Source of the DNA: a virus
IMG/VR virus record: IMGVR_UViG_3300010883_000009
Coordinates: 29,876-93,875 of that record
Reading direction: 5' to 3' (one strand)
DNA length: 64,000 nt
The first letter of the stretch is position 1. Each line of letters starts with the position of its first letter. The notes beneath the pieces were generated by a model. It saw only the letters and a program-made list of their open reading frames with translations. It made no database searches and was not told where the DNA came from. This document shows positions 39,206-49,185 of the stretch, piece by piece. The position numbers were made by a program, and so were the translations under genes.

Positions 39206-40496
39206 CCACTATTTCCAACTGATCCTTCGATAATCTGACAATCTTTCTTCCGAAGTTAACATCGACTTCAAATCCGACTCCTGCATTGATGGGGATGATC
39301 TGTACGACCTCCCCGACATTGCCACATAGTTTCAATTTTTGATCGATGCAACGAACCCTTGTAGGTTGTGTTCGAAGGAAATCTTCTTCTGTATATTCCG
39401 TAGCTGTCTTTGTTAGTTTTCTACCTTCAGCTAAAATCCAAAGCGGAGCTTTTTCTTTAAAGGATAAGCTAATCGGCATCTCTTTAGTTTCTCTTGGACT
39501 CCATCCCTTGATGTCAAAATCACCACAGCCATTAGGCATATCTGGCAACGCACTCATCTCTGGAAGGATTAGCGAATCTAGTTCATCCAAGAAAAAATGT
39601 CCTACTGCTTCAACAATAGGTTTCCAGTATCGTTGATAAAATTTAGGGGAACAAGATGGGAATGACTCTGCCAATCCCGAGCTTGGAACTATATTGTTGA
39701 CATTCAAACTGTCATTCATATGAATGTTCAAAAGCTCTTTCCCGTCATCTAGCCCGAGAATTTTTATTGACCCATTGTCTGCAAAGACTTTACAAATCGC
39801 ATCCGGATGGTGCGAAGAAATGGCTTGACAAATTCGATTGCCGTAATGTTCTAACAACTCTTCAATCTCTTCGCTAGAAAGAGAAACCTTCTTCGAAGCC
39901 ATAGTCAAGTTTGGCTCCATCGGTTGACCTTCCTCCATAGGAGCCTGAGGTTGCATCTGAGGTGGCATAGGCATTTCCATTGGCATTTCGTCAGCCATTT
40001 CTTTTTCCTTTTGATCTTTATGAAGAAAGTCTTTGAAATGATTTTGAGCAATTTTTCGATATCCATCTATCAATTTATCAATTGCTGCCTTTTGCCTGTC
40101 GCTTTCTAATTTGTCTTTGACACGCAAAAGGTCTGAAACCTGAGACTTAAGGACCAAATATGTCATCTCCTTCTCGTCAGAAGTATTGTCATCGATCCCC
40201 ATTACATTCTGAGATAGTTCCTGCAACATGGTTTTGTAATGGTTAACCAAAAGCTCTTCGGGAGGCGGGCTTTCAATTACAGGCTTAGATAGGTCTTCAA
40301 GCGCGTAACGCTCTTGGCGTAATGCTTCAATATGGAATGGCTTCTTTTTGTAAATCTCTTTGGCAGCTTTAAGCGCCTGCCAAGCTTTACCATAAGACGG
40401 CTTTACCCCCGGGACCAAATTACTATGGTGCATGGAGGAAAATCCATCAACCGAAAAGGCATATTGCCCTTCTGTTTTATATAGTCTCAATTTCAT
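39195..40496 (-). CDS. hypothetical protein with SH3-like C-terminus
   Basis: RVRCID...GNVGEVVQI...VDVNFG...LEIV after TKTAT. Confidence 0.65.
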   Translation of the reverse strand: MKLRLYKTEGQYAFSVDGFSSMHHSNLVPGVKPSYGKAWQALKAAKEIYKKKPFHIEALRQERYALEDLSKPVIESPPPEELLVNHYKTMLQELSQNVMGIDDNTSDEKEMTYLVLKSQVSDLLRVKDKLESDRQKAAIDKLIDGYRKIAQNHFKDFLHKDQKEKEMADEMPMEMPMPPQMQPQAPMEEGQPMEPNLTMASKKVSLSSEEIEELLEHYGNRICQAISSHHPDAICKVFADNGSIKILGLDDGKELLNIHMNDSLNVNNIVPSSGLAESFPSCSPKFYQRYWKPIVEAVGHFFLDELDSLILPEMSALPDMPNGCGDFDIKGWSPRETKEMPISLSFKEKAPLWILAEGRKLTKTATEYTEEDFLRTQPTRVRCIDQKLKLCGNVGEVVQIIPINAGVGFEVDVNFGRKIVRLSKDQLEIVDEI

Positions 40497-40523
40497 AATC
40501 ACATTATACAGCGCCTACACGAC

Positions 40524-40562
40524 AAAAAGCGCTCCTATTTATTCACAATAGGAACGCCTTTT
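40524..40562 (-). terminator. intrinsic terminator after reductase gene
   Basis: GCGcTCCTATT/AATAGGAaCGC stem with A and T tracts. Confidence 0.65.
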
Positions 40563-40583
40563 ACCTTGTTTCTAAAGAATTAC

Positions 40584-43052
40584 TTACGCGACTGCTATCT
40601 CTCTAGACTTATTCTTTTTATTCTCATCGATAGCTAGCCCCAAGTCTCCCAAATCGCATGCGCCTCCGCTACAAGCCTCTCCTGCCCTTCCGAAGCCTAC
40701 TTCGAACTCGGCAGATTCCTCGTAACAATCCGACCAATCAACGTCTACGTAGACTCTATTGAGGTCGCACCACGTTTTCCAGTTAGTTACGTCCTTAAGG
40801 CAATATGTCATTTTTCTGTCGTTGCCATCGAGATAACGCTCTGCAAATTGCTTAGCTCTGCGAATCCAATCAACCTTGCCTTGGTAATTGAAAACATTAT
40901 GCTCCAACCATGCCTGCAAAAGCTTGTCAGGAGAGTCTGCACTCAAACCTTCAGCCTTCCATTGGACACCGTTAGTCTTCATGTCTTCGTTAATTTTGGT
41001 TCGCAACGACTCAACATCTAGAATCTCTCCAATGCCTAACACACAGTCGCAAGCTTTCCAAAGGTCTTCGAATTCTCTCAGACCGTCAACGATTAGACCG
41101 CTAGCAAAAAGGCTTCCGTCTCCATACTCTCGAACGGTTTCAGTAGGAGTAAAGACCGCAGTAAATGGAGCCTGCGGATAATCCTTATCTCCGCTCATGG
41201 GTAGCATCGATACACCGGCAAACCATTTGCGATTCTTGTAAAGATACGATCCAACAGTATTCCATTCATCATCCCTGATGTTGATTGTATTAGAAACGTT
41301 GTGACGAATCCAAGGTCTGACACATTCCTCAATGCGAGTACCAGCCTCAACCCAATTCTGCTGAGTCAACTTAACGTTACCGAGCAAGGTCAACGCATCG
41401 ACTTGGTTCTTTGTCTTCGCTCCATCAGGAACTTCGCAAAGGAAGGTGATAACTACATCAGTATTGTTCTGACTCCATACAGACTCTTCAACCGCCGTGG
41501 GGTTAAACTGCCGAAAGTACTGAAGCGGGTTCTCTAGCTTGTTAGCCTGTACTTTTCGAAAGTATCTTGTAGCATGATGCGGATGAATTCCCGAAGCCGT
41601 GCCAAGAATACAGCTTGTTGTACCGGCAGGTTTAACACAAGTTGCTCTTGCGCTCTTGTTAATGCCGATAATTTGCGAGATCCTTTCGTTAACTTCCAAG
41701 ATAAGCTTCGCGCCTCTTCTTTGGATCTTGGGATCGAAAGCAATTTCAGGAGTGTCAGCCATGCCTGTCATAGAAACTCCCAAGAGAGCCTCGCGCTTAA
41801 CGAGCATGTCGCTGATAGGACCAAGATACTCAAAATGGTCATAAGAGGCTTGAAGGGTTCCTATAACCGCAGCAGCCCTGCAAGCATCCATAAACTCTTC
41901 TTCTGTTTTCGCTTTCTTGACGTTAATTTCACAAAGGTTACAGAAACTCCATCCTGACAACTCTTTGGTGTTGCCCTGAATCTCCTTTTCCTTGTCGATG
42001 ATCTTAGCGAACTCAGGATCTTCTTTAATGCGTTTCGTAACATCTTTATGTTTGAGGCTGAGCCGAGCATAGAAACCGATTTCTACACAGGGATTATAAA
42101 GCGCTTCGGCATTATCAGACCAAATGAAACCGGGTTCACCAAAGTGCTTGACCGATTCCATAATTTCATCGAACTGTTCCTTAGTAGTTTCATCCCTGAC
42201 GAGAAGAACGGAGTTATTAGACCTTCCTCTCTGAGGATTATCGATGAACCATGATCCCGTCTTTGCCTTCAACATGTCATCATCATGAGGGGAAAAGATA
42301 CAAATGGTAGCGCTTCTTCGGATTCCACCTGAAAGAACGGCATCTGAAGCATGCATACAAATATCGTATGCATTAATAGGAGCGAGCTTATTGCCAAGCT
42401 TGCAACATTTCTCAAGAAGATAACTAATCTTGACTAGCGAAGCTTGCAGCCCGTCTGGTCCCGGTGCCTTGCCACCTGAAGAGAGCGGTGAACCTTCGGG
42501 ACGAATTTGGCTGAAATCAAAGTCAACCATAAAGCCTTGATACTTAGGGAATGGAACAGTTGGACCTTCGAAATATGATGACATTAGGACGCCTACTGCG
42601 TCTGCCCATCCTTCAATAGAGTCAGGAATGACAAACGACTTACTCTTCTGCGAAGGCTGTTTAATAGCAGGCAATTGACCTATGTGCTGCGCCTGAACGG
42701 AGAATCCTGTCCCGCAACCGCAAAGCAAAAGATACATGCATTCCTGAAAGAAACGTGGTCTATCGCAATAGGAAACTGTACAGTTGTACATTCGGGCATT
42801 CTTTTTGATAATGGGATCGCCACCAAATTGAAGTGCTCGTTGCGAGCCTAATACCCTCTTCTGATTTACCATCTTTTCCGCAAAGTCAAAATCTTCTTGG
42901 AACTGGCTAATCAATTCTTCGCCAAACTTGTTCCTATGCATATCGAAAACACGGGAAACTTGCTCTTCCCACAGTTCACGGCGTCCATGATTAGGATCGT
43001 ATTTGGCGTATTTTGAAAAACGTGTGTACTCTTGTAGTGCTTTAATTGACAT
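40584..43052 (-). CDS. nrdJ: class II (B12-dependent, monomeric-type) ribonucleotide reductase
   Basis: YNC, GCGTGFSV, GGIRRSA, GEPG, NPCVEI, FCNLCEI, TCVKPAGT, C-terminal ACSGGAC. Confidence 0.9.
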   Translation of the reverse strand: MSIKALQEYTRFSKYAKYDPNHGRRELWEEQVSRVFDMHRNKFGEELISQFQEDFDFAEKMVNQKRVLGSQRALQFGGDPIIKKNARMYNCTVSYCDRPRFFQECMYLLLCGCGTGFSVQAQHIGQLPAIKQPSQKSKSFVIPDSIEGWADAVGVLMSSYFEGPTVPFPKYQGFMVDFDFSQIRPEGSPLSSGGKAPGPDGLQASLVKISYLLEKCCKLGNKLAPINAYDICMHASDAVLSGGIRRSATICIFSPHDDDMLKAKTGSWFIDNPQRGRSNNSVLLVRDETTKEQFDEIMESVKHFGEPGFIWSDNAEALYNPCVEIGFYARLSLKHKDVTKRIKEDPEFAKIIDKEKEIQGNTKELSGWSFCNLCEINVKKAKTEEEFMDACRAAAVIGTLQASYDHFEYLGPISDMLVKREALLGVSMTGMADTPEIAFDPKIQRRGAKLILEVNERISQIIGINKSARATCVKPAGTTSCILGTASGIHPHHATRYFRKVQANKLENPLQYFRQFNPTAVEESVWSQNNTDVVITFLCEVPDGAKTKNQVDALTLLGNVKLTQQNWVEAGTRIEECVRPWIRHNVSNTINIRDDEWNTVGSYLYKNRKWFAGVSMLPMSGDKDYPQAPFTAVFTPTETVREYGDGSLFASGLIVDGLREFEDLWKACDCVLGIGEILDVESLRTKINEDMKTNGVQWKAEGLSADSPDKLLQAWLEHNVFNYQGKVDWIRRAKQFAERYLDGNDRKMTYCLKDVTNWKTWCDLNRVYVDVDWSDCYEESAEFEVGFGRAGEACSGGACDLGDLGLAIDENKKNKSREIAVA

Positions 43053-43091
43053 CAGTTTTTATCCCCTTATCCGCTTAATGGTTAACTTGTA

Positions 43092-44243
43092 TTATAGTTG
43101 TCTGTCATTGTCGCATGACAACACACCTATTACGTATAGATCTGAAACTTCCTTCAAAAATCTTGAGACACTATCTTGGTAATCACATAAGTCCTTGATT
43201 TCCTTACCGGATGCTACTCGCAGTTTTTCCCCGGCATTATACAAGTCAGGCTTCTTATCTGAATCCAATCCTTCCAATTTGTACAACGCATCATCTATCT
43301 CATCCATAATGCGAAGTCGCCAAGGCTCTGACTTGATAACTGGATCGGCGTGGATAGTTCTCAGGTCATAAATTTCTGACCTTCTTTTGAGGTTCTTCAT
43401 CATACGATAACTATGAGTTGTGGAGAAAAGTTGGCTTTCAGGGTAGCAACTTTGCATCGATTCGATGAGTGCCATATGCCTTCCTAACGCAACATGCATA
43501 GCAATATCGTCAATAAGAATGATCCTTGGGGAGATCTCAAGGTTCAGAAGAGTAGAGAATGATTTGACAACCTTCTTCTCGCCATTGCTACATTCTCTAT
43601 GGAAGATTGTTTCATATGGCTTCTTAACCGTAAAGCCCAAAACATACTTCTCTAGCATGGCAGCTTCAGCGGGATCAGAGCTTGAAGAAAAGATATCCTC
43701 AACCTCTTCAACCTCATAGCTAGTCACAGATTCAAACAGGGTTTTGAAATTATCCCATTTATTTCGAACCAACTGAAACTGATCAAGCTCCTTGTCAAAG
43801 CGAGCAAAATAACACAGTCGGTAAAGAATCTGCTTGATCTCTTTAGGATGGTCATCTATGAACCCTTTTTTGTTCATACGGACCATATATGAGCCGTATG
43901 CGGATTCAACATTTGCTTCAACAAGAAAGTCTTCGTCGGTATACATCCCATGAGAGCCATGGTCAGTATGACGAACGCATGCACCAAACCTAGCTAACAT
44001 ACGTTGTTCTGAATATCCCTCATAGCGCTGGAACAACATCTGAATGACATTGAGCGCAGTTGACTTTCCTGTTCCGTTCTCTCCTATGAAACAGACAAAC
44101 TGTTTGATACCTTGTTCGTTCGAAAAGTCAAAATAATGATCGTCATAAGCTTTGAAGTGTCTTATGCGTATAGATCGTATTCGAATATCGGGTACTGAGT
44201 CTAGTGTAAAGTTAGGTGCTTCTATTGCGAGCTTCTCTTCCAT
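43092..44243 (-). CDS. soluble ABC/SMC-type ATPase
   Basis: IRHFKAY, GENGTGKS, SNGEKK signature, ILIDDI, TTHS. Confidence 0.8.
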   Translation of the reverse strand: MEEKLAIEAPNFTLDSVPDIRIRSIRIRHFKAYDDHYFDFSNEQGIKQFVCFIGENGTGKSTALNVIQMLFQRYEGYSEQRMLARFGACVRHTDHGSHGMYTDEDFLVEANVESAYGSYMVRMNKKGFIDDHPKEIKQILYRLCYFARFDKELDQFQLVRNKWDNFKTLFESVTSYEVEEVEDIFSSSSDPAEAAMLEKYVLGFTVKKPYETIFHRECSNGEKKVVKSFSTLLNLEISPRIILIDDIAMHVALGRHMALIESMQSCYPESQLFSTTHSYRMMKNLKRRSEIYDLRTIHADPVIKSEPWRLRIMDEIDDALYKLEGLDSDKKPDLYNAGEKLRVASGKEIKDLCDYQDSVSRFLKEVSDLYVIGVLSCDNDRQL

Positions 44244-44403
44244 ATCTTCCGCCTGCTATTTTCTTTGTTGCTTCAAGGTCAAACTTGACCTTACGCTTAT
44301 CATATTCAACTTTGGGTTCTTTCATTGGCTTACCGTCAACATTTAACTTAGCACCGGCAGGAACGTAGACAACAGGTTTATTCTTGTTCTCGTTCTGGCT
44401 CAT
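44212..44403 (-). CDS. small basic hypothetical protein
   Basis: 63-aa ORF overlapping both neighbours. Confidence 0.5.
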   Translation of the reverse strand: MSQNENKNKPVVYVPAGAKLNVDGKPMKEPKVEYDKRKVKFDLEATKKIAGGRYGREARNRST

Positions 44404-44845
44404 ACCCTAACATCTCCCGTAGATTCTCTGTTAAGAGATTTTTGAGGAATGAAACGTGAAATTTAAAGATCAAACGACCTTTGTGTGTTTTTACCCCGAA
44501 GCTCTTATGATCTCCATACTGTTCAACGACCAACATGTAATCATTGATATCGTATTCCTTCAACTTGTTAACGAACAACTGAAGGTTCTCTCGGATAATT
44601 AGCTCTCCAAGGAAATCAATAACGAAGTAAGAGAAAAATTCATCCTCGTAAAGATTGTAGTCTTTGTACTCCAAGCCAATATCTATCATCGATATGGAGA
44701 ATGTCAAATCCCCTTTCTCGTCCCAGTCTCCTATAACGATATCCTTGGGCGGATTCTGCGTTATAATAGACAGAAGCTCTCGATAACGAGAAGTATCTGC
44801 TGTCTCAAACTGATGCTCTTTACTCTTCACGTCATTCGTTTCCAT
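44378..44845 (-). CDS. hypothetical protein
   Basis: GGAGG RBS, TGTATAAT upstream. Confidence 0.7.
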   Translation of the reverse strand: METNDVKSKEHQFETADTSRYRELLSIITQNPPKDIVIGDWDEKGDLTFSISMIDIGLEYKDYNLYEDEFFSYFVIDFLGELIIRENLQLFVNKLKEYDINDYMLVVEQYGDHKSFGVKTHKGRLIFKFHVSFLKNLLTENLREMLGYEPEREQE

Positions 44846-44898
44846 ATTGACCTCCGTGGTTGTTCGCCAAATTCGCGCTTATTATACAACCATTTCGG

Positions 44899-45099
44899 TC
44901 AAAATCGCCATTTGATCTTAATTCCCAAGACCGTTTGCTTCTTAACCTTATCTTCCCACTTCTCTATCTCACTCAAAGAAGCATCTTCCTCATGCCTATA
45001 TCGCTCATCGTATTTACTCCATCTTATGTGGGGTCGAACGTGCTCTTTAATCCAAGGCAAGATCTTAGATTCTTTTTTATTGAGAGGTTTCTTTGCCAT
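44899..45099 (-). CDS. small hypothetical protein
   Basis: MAKKPLNKKES start 16 nt after promoter motif. Confidence 0.55.
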   Translation of the reverse strand: MAKKPLNKKESKILPWIKEHVRPHIRWSKYDERYRHEEDASLSEIEKWEDKVKKQTVLGIKIKWRF

Positions 45100-45137
45100 A
45101 TAGTAAGAATTATTCTTCAAAAGGCGGTCAGATTCCT
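45085..45137. promoter_or_regulatory. overlapping divergent AGG-N19-GAA promoter pair
   Basis: plus 45085-45111, minus 45111-45137. Confidence 0.65.
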
Positions 45138-45794
45138 ATGCATTACAACTGGTACAAAGAAGCTAATATTCAACAAGAAGCCGGATTACTATCCGATGCT
45201 CTCAAATTAGCAGTTCTCGCTGTATTAGGCGGAGCAGCAATATGGTGGGCGGCTCAACAATTTAACGTAAGCGAAGATGATATTCAAAACGAAATTCAAA
45301 ACCGAGAACAAAAAGCTTCTACTAACACGGCTATCCTTACTCAAGAGCTTCTCGATGCTTTTAAACGTCTTGAAGGAACCCGTAGATACCAAGCCTACAA
45401 AGGCTATTACAAAGATGGGAAATTTTATCCTTACACCGACTCTGAGGGTCATCTGACTGTTGGATATGGTCATAAAGTACTTCCGGGCGAAGATTTTTCA
45501 AATGGGGTTGATGATCAAGAAGCGGATGGTATGTTACAAATGGATGCGGTGACAGCAATCAGAGGCGCAAACAGTTTACTAGAAAACACCCCAGTAACTA
45601 CTGAAGCAGCGCAAATCATAGCAAATATGGCTTTCCAAATGGGAGCAGACGGAGTAGCAGGATTCTCAAATATGTGGCAAGCTCTTTCCAACCAAGATTA
45701 TGATACTGCTGCTGACGAAATGCTAAAGAGCAAATGGAATACCCAAACACCAAGTAGAGCTAAAGAACTATCTGATGTCATGAGAATACAATAA
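45138..45794 (+). CDS. T4-like (GH24) lysozyme with leader and hydrophobic helix
   Basis: LEG...YTDSEGHLTVGYGH, NMAFQMG, AADEMLKSKWNTQTPSRA; start MHYNWYKEA lies downstream of promoter motif. Confidence 0.88.
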   Translation: MHYNWYKEANIQQEAGLLSDALKLAVLAVLGGAAIWWAAQQFNVSEDDIQNEIQNREQKASTNTAILTQELLDAFKRLEGTRRYQAYKGYYKDGKFYPYTDSEGHLTVGYGHKVLPGEDFSNGVDDQEADGMLQMDAVTAIRGANSLLENTPVTTEAAQIIANMAFQMGADGVAGFSNMWQALSNQDYDTAADEMLKSKWNTQTPSRAKELSDVMRIQ

Positions 45795-46105
45795 AAAACT
45801 TCTCAATCAGGCGGAGCCGCTCTCTTAATAATATATATAGTTATAAAGACTATATGAACTATACTTATTACATCGACCCTTTCAGTAGTCATAAACCATC
45901 GGTTATAAGTAGTTTACGTAATTTTAACACTAACTTAATCGAGTAATTTTTACTACCGGAAAGTTTGTGATTTGAGAAATTTGCACAGAAATATTGAATT
46001 CAGAGAGTAAAAATTACTTTATGTGATCCTGCGTTTTGAAAAAAGAGGATCATTTTTCTGCAACGTTGTATAACGCAACATGCCTTCCATTCCCTGTCCA
46101 AGAGT

Positions 46106-46273
46106 ATGACAAGGCATCGATCTGCTGCTAAGGGTGTTGATTATTCCTTTGCCGAAGATGATCGCAAGGTTCAAGATGATCTTCTTAAGGATAAGTCAAA
46201 AGCTGCCAAAAAGCACAACAAGGCAATCCCGTCCTACGTTTCTGATCTAGCCACCAGCGAAGAAGACGAATAA
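46106..46273 (+). CDS. 55-aa hypothetical protein (absent from ORF track)
   Basis: MTRHRSAAKGVDYSFAEDD...EEDE; TGTATAAC upstream, terminator downstream. Confidence 0.45.
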   Translation: MTRHRSAAKGVDYSFAEDDRKVQDDLLKDKSKAAKKHNKAIPSYVSDLATSEEDE

Positions 46274-46298
46274 TACATCGATTAAAATACTAAACTCG

Positions 46299-46330
46299 AA
46301 AGCCCCGTGGATAAAAACACGGGGCTTTTT
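46299..46330. terminator. intrinsic terminator
   Basis: AAAGCCCCGTG/CACGGGGCTTT stem plus T-tract. Confidence 0.8.
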
Positions 46331-46372
46331 GTATAATGATATGTAATCAAAACGAAAATAAAGGAGAGTTCT

Positions 46373-46960
46373 ATGCCACCACAAACACAAAGTTCTCTAT
46401 CTGGTGATACTCTAGAGAAAAACCGGATTGTATTCTTGAGCGGCAGTTTCAATGAGGACAAAGCCAAGGAAGTGATAACAACCATTCTCAACCTTGAGGC
46501 AAAAGACCCAACCAAAGATATCCTTATGATTATTGATTCTTATGGGGGATACGTTCATAGTTTGCTAGCAATCCATGATGTTATGAAACATATCACTCGT
46601 TGCGATATCGTTACGATGGGGATTGGTAAGCAAATGAGTTGCGGACAACTGTTATTGATCTCTGGATCTAAAGGGAAAAGGTTCGCAACCCCAAATTCTA
46701 GAATATTAATGCATCAAATATCTTCGATGACATGGGGCAAACTCTCTGACATGGAAGTTGATATTGACGAAAGTAAGAAACTGCAAGAAATAATCGAGTC
46801 TATGATCGTCAAATATACGAAGATGAATCGAAAGCAAGTTAATGAACTTATGCAGAGAGACTCTTACATGTCTGCAAATGAAGCGCTAGAAGCAGGGTTG
46901 ATAGATGGGATTGTAAAGAACCCCAATGATCTATATAAGAATCCCAATGTCAACCTCTAA
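46373..46960 (+). CDS. clpP: Clp protease proteolytic subunit
   Basis: IDSYGG, QMSCG (Ser), LMHQ (His), RDSYMSANEALEAGLID (Asp). Confidence 0.92.
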   Translation: MPPQTQSSLSGDTLEKNRIVFLSGSFNEDKAKEVITTILNLEAKDPTKDILMIIDSYGGYVHSLLAIHDVMKHITRCDIVTMGIGKQMSCGQLLLISGSKGKRFATPNSRILMHQISSMTWGKLSDMEVDIDESKKLQEIIESMIVKYTKMNRKQVNELMQRDSYMSANEALEAGLIDGIVKNPNDLYKNPNVNL

Positions 46961-46969
46961 GCGGTTGGT

Positions 46970-47254
46970 ATGCCATTTACGCATAGACACATTTTTAGAT
47001 ACGAGATTACTCAATCTGACAATGATGAATTCCCCGTTTCAACATTAACAAGTGAAGTCGAGGGAGATGCAACGCTAACAGGAATGCTAGAATCGTTTAG
47101 AGCGCATCTTCAGGGATGCGGTTATATAGTCGATGGGGCTTTAGCAATAGTACCTGAACCAACTTATGAAGTTGCTGTTCCTAAAAAAGTTGTAAAATAT
47201 CAAATTGCGACCAAGTTAATGCATCGTAGCATTAAAATAATCAAAAATTATTAG
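46970..47254 (+). CDS. hypothetical protein
   Basis: 94-aa ORF following clpP. Confidence 0.6.
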   Translation: MPFTHRHIFRYEITQSDNDEFPVSTLTSEVEGDATLTGMLESFRAHLQGCGYIVDGALAIVPEPTYEVAVPKKVVKYQIATKLMHRSIKIIKNY

Positions 47255-47281
47255 AGTCTGCTCCTCAAGACTTGGCGCATT

Positions 47282-47652
47282 TTAAATTCTTTCTAGCCAA
47301 CTCAGCGACACAGTTACGTTTCCATCTGAACCGCCGGTTTCTTTTGTGAATGGAAAAACAATAATTTCAGATGGTTGAATTGATAAGTTTAAATGAGATA
47401 TGTCAGCAGATAATGAACTGTCTCTTGTTACAGCAAAGTCAATTACTTATTCTACGCCCTGTATAGTACCTGTTGTACTGCCAGCAAGCATTGCCGAATT
47501 GATCGAATTGATCGAATTAACCGACGCCAATGTTACTCCTCAATGAATCCTGCCATTGAAGCTGTTGATATTGTTTTGGCAGCGCCGCTAAATCCTGTAT
47601 CCGTCTTTGCAATAATATTCATATGGAACGTTGGGTTACTAAAAGTGGGAGG
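47282..47652 (-). pseudogene. decayed fragment of a beta-rich phage structural-like gene
   Basis: PTFSNPTFHMNIIAK...ASMAGFIEE, frameshift, GVTLAS...GVE, in-frame TAA at 47447-47449, then VIDF...VTVSLSWLERI. Confidence 0.45.
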
Positions 47653-47724
47653 GGTTTCTCCCTCTTTCTCGAAGTAGTTTATATAAACGATTGATAACTG
47701 AGAGAAAGGGGAGGGGTTAACTAC

Positions 47725-47973
47725 ATGAGTACTGATGATGACGACAAGCTTTCCCGTGCTATCAATTGCAAGAGAAACTTTTCTTGTTTCGAAGCATTAT
47801 TTGACGTTATCGCAGATCATGCTTTGCACAAAGATTTTGAATCAATAACATGCGATGAATTTTGCAAATTGGGATCAGATGAAGAACTTGAAAGAAGCAT
47901 CAAAGAAGATGATGCCATTAAGGTTTGCCCAATCCTAGCAAAAGTCTTCGAAGAGCTTAAGGAATATCTCTAA
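47725..47973 (+). CDS. hypothetical protein
   Basis: GGAGG RBS, promoter motif at 47650-47675. Confidence 0.65.
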   Translation: MSTDDDDKLSRAINCKRNFSCFEALFDVIADHALHKDFESITCDEFCKLGSDEELERSIKEDDAIKVCPILAKVFEELKEYL

Positions 47974-48371
47974 TCGTCAGGATCGAATTGAGGAATTGGA
48001 GAGGCAGGGGGAACCCTAGTTTGTCCTCCGCCAAAATAATCGAACACCTCTTCTTCCTCTGGATGCTCGCGTAAAGCTTTGTATCTTTGCCAAGAATCCC
48101 AAGCAGTAAGGAAACTCTCTCTACTAGGTAAATGCCCTAATCTATCTGTCAACTCACGAAAAACATCGCTGAGTTCTACAAAAGAGTTAACGAAATCGGG
48201 ATCTGACTTGTCAATGCCAACCGCTTCAGCTAATATTTTGTGAAGCTGAAGCCATCGTTTTAAATCGGTTTTCTTATAATTCCCCGCAGGAGACATAGCA
48301 ATTCGATTGTTGTCTGCTGATACTAAACTATAGAAGGCATTGGACAACTTATGTGTCTTGAACCAATTCAT
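47970..48371 (-). CDS. hypothetical protein with MNWFK leader
   Basis: MNWFKTHKLS; promoter motif 12 nt upstream. Confidence 0.7.
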   Translation of the reverse strand: MNWFKTHKLSNAFYSLVSADNNRIAMSPAGNYKKTDLKRWLQLHKILAEAVGIDKSDPDFVNSFVELSDVFRELTDRLGHLPSRESFLTAWDSWQRYKALREHPEEEEVFDYFGGGQTRVPPASPIPQFDPDD

Positions 48372-48378
48372 ACTATCT

Positions 48379-48417
48379 TTTTCTAGTAAAAGGTCTTAAC
48401 CCCCTTTACTGCGAAAT
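48379..48417. promoter_or_regulatory. overlapping divergent AGG-N19-GAA promoter pair
   Basis: minus 48379-48405, plus 48391-48417. Confidence 0.7.
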
Positions 48418-48426
48418 ATATTTATC

Positions 48427-48753
48427 ATGAGAATATTTAGAACAGCTAATGAGTTTGAGGACGAAGGTAGAGATCCCTTAGAACAAGTTGAAGATCGAAG
48501 CCATTTCGACGCAGAACAAGAGATGAAAGACCGCCAAGAGAAGGGAATGACTCATACCTCCCAAATCTTGAGTGATATTACTCCTTCTTTTGTTGAGCGC
48601 CTCGACGCTAACTATACCGTCGATGGAGCCGAAGCATGGTTTGAATATAAGGATGGCAAAGTATATCATGTCATTGTTAAGCCTGCCCATCCTCTTCATA
48701 ATATTCTAGATTCATCTGGTCTAGATTCATCTGACGACCTACCTATGTCATGA
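48427..48753 (+). CDS. acidic protein with MRIFRTA leader
   Basis: Leader motif; promoter motif 14 nt upstream. Confidence 0.75.
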   Translation: MRIFRTANEFEDEGRDPLEQVEDRSHFDAEQEMKDRQEKGMTHTSQILSDITPSFVERLDANYTVDGAEAWFEYKDGKVYHVIVKPAHPLHNILDSSGLDSSDDLPMS

Positions 48754-49184
48754 GTGATGTATTAAATGCTTTTGTAGCCCAGACCTACGATCCGCATGGC
48801 GGCATCGATGCTTACGAGGAAAAGTGCGCAGAGGTTATTGCTACGGCTGAAGAAACTCTTCATGGTTGGATCAAAGAATCCACAGAAGATATGAGCCGCT
48901 CTCAGGAAATTACAGATTACATGGAGATCCTTTCCAACCTTAAAAGGGGCGAACTTGATGAGCAAACTCAATCTCATCCGCAATTAGAAGGATATGACCA
49001 CTCTCTAGAAATGGATCGACTAGCCCAGCTCAGAGGAAAATACGACTACGTTGCTCCTGAACATGATCCTCTTGACATGTCAGAAATGAAAATGAGCACA
49101 GAAGCTTACGAAAATATTGACCCATCTGAAGTTCCAAGTATGAGCGGACTCTTTGATGATGTTTTTGGATTAGGAGAAGTATAA
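48750..49184 (+). CDS. acidic hypothetical protein
   Basis: ATGA-coupled to the upstream gene. Confidence 0.7.
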   Translation: MSDVLNAFVAQTYDPHGGIDAYEEKCAEVIATAEETLHGWIKESTEDMSRSQEITDYMEILSNLKRGELDEQTQSHPQLEGYDHSLEMDRLAQLRGKYDYVAPEHDPLDMSEMKMSTEAYENIDPSEVPSMSGLFDDVFGLGEV

Positions 49185-49185
49185 C

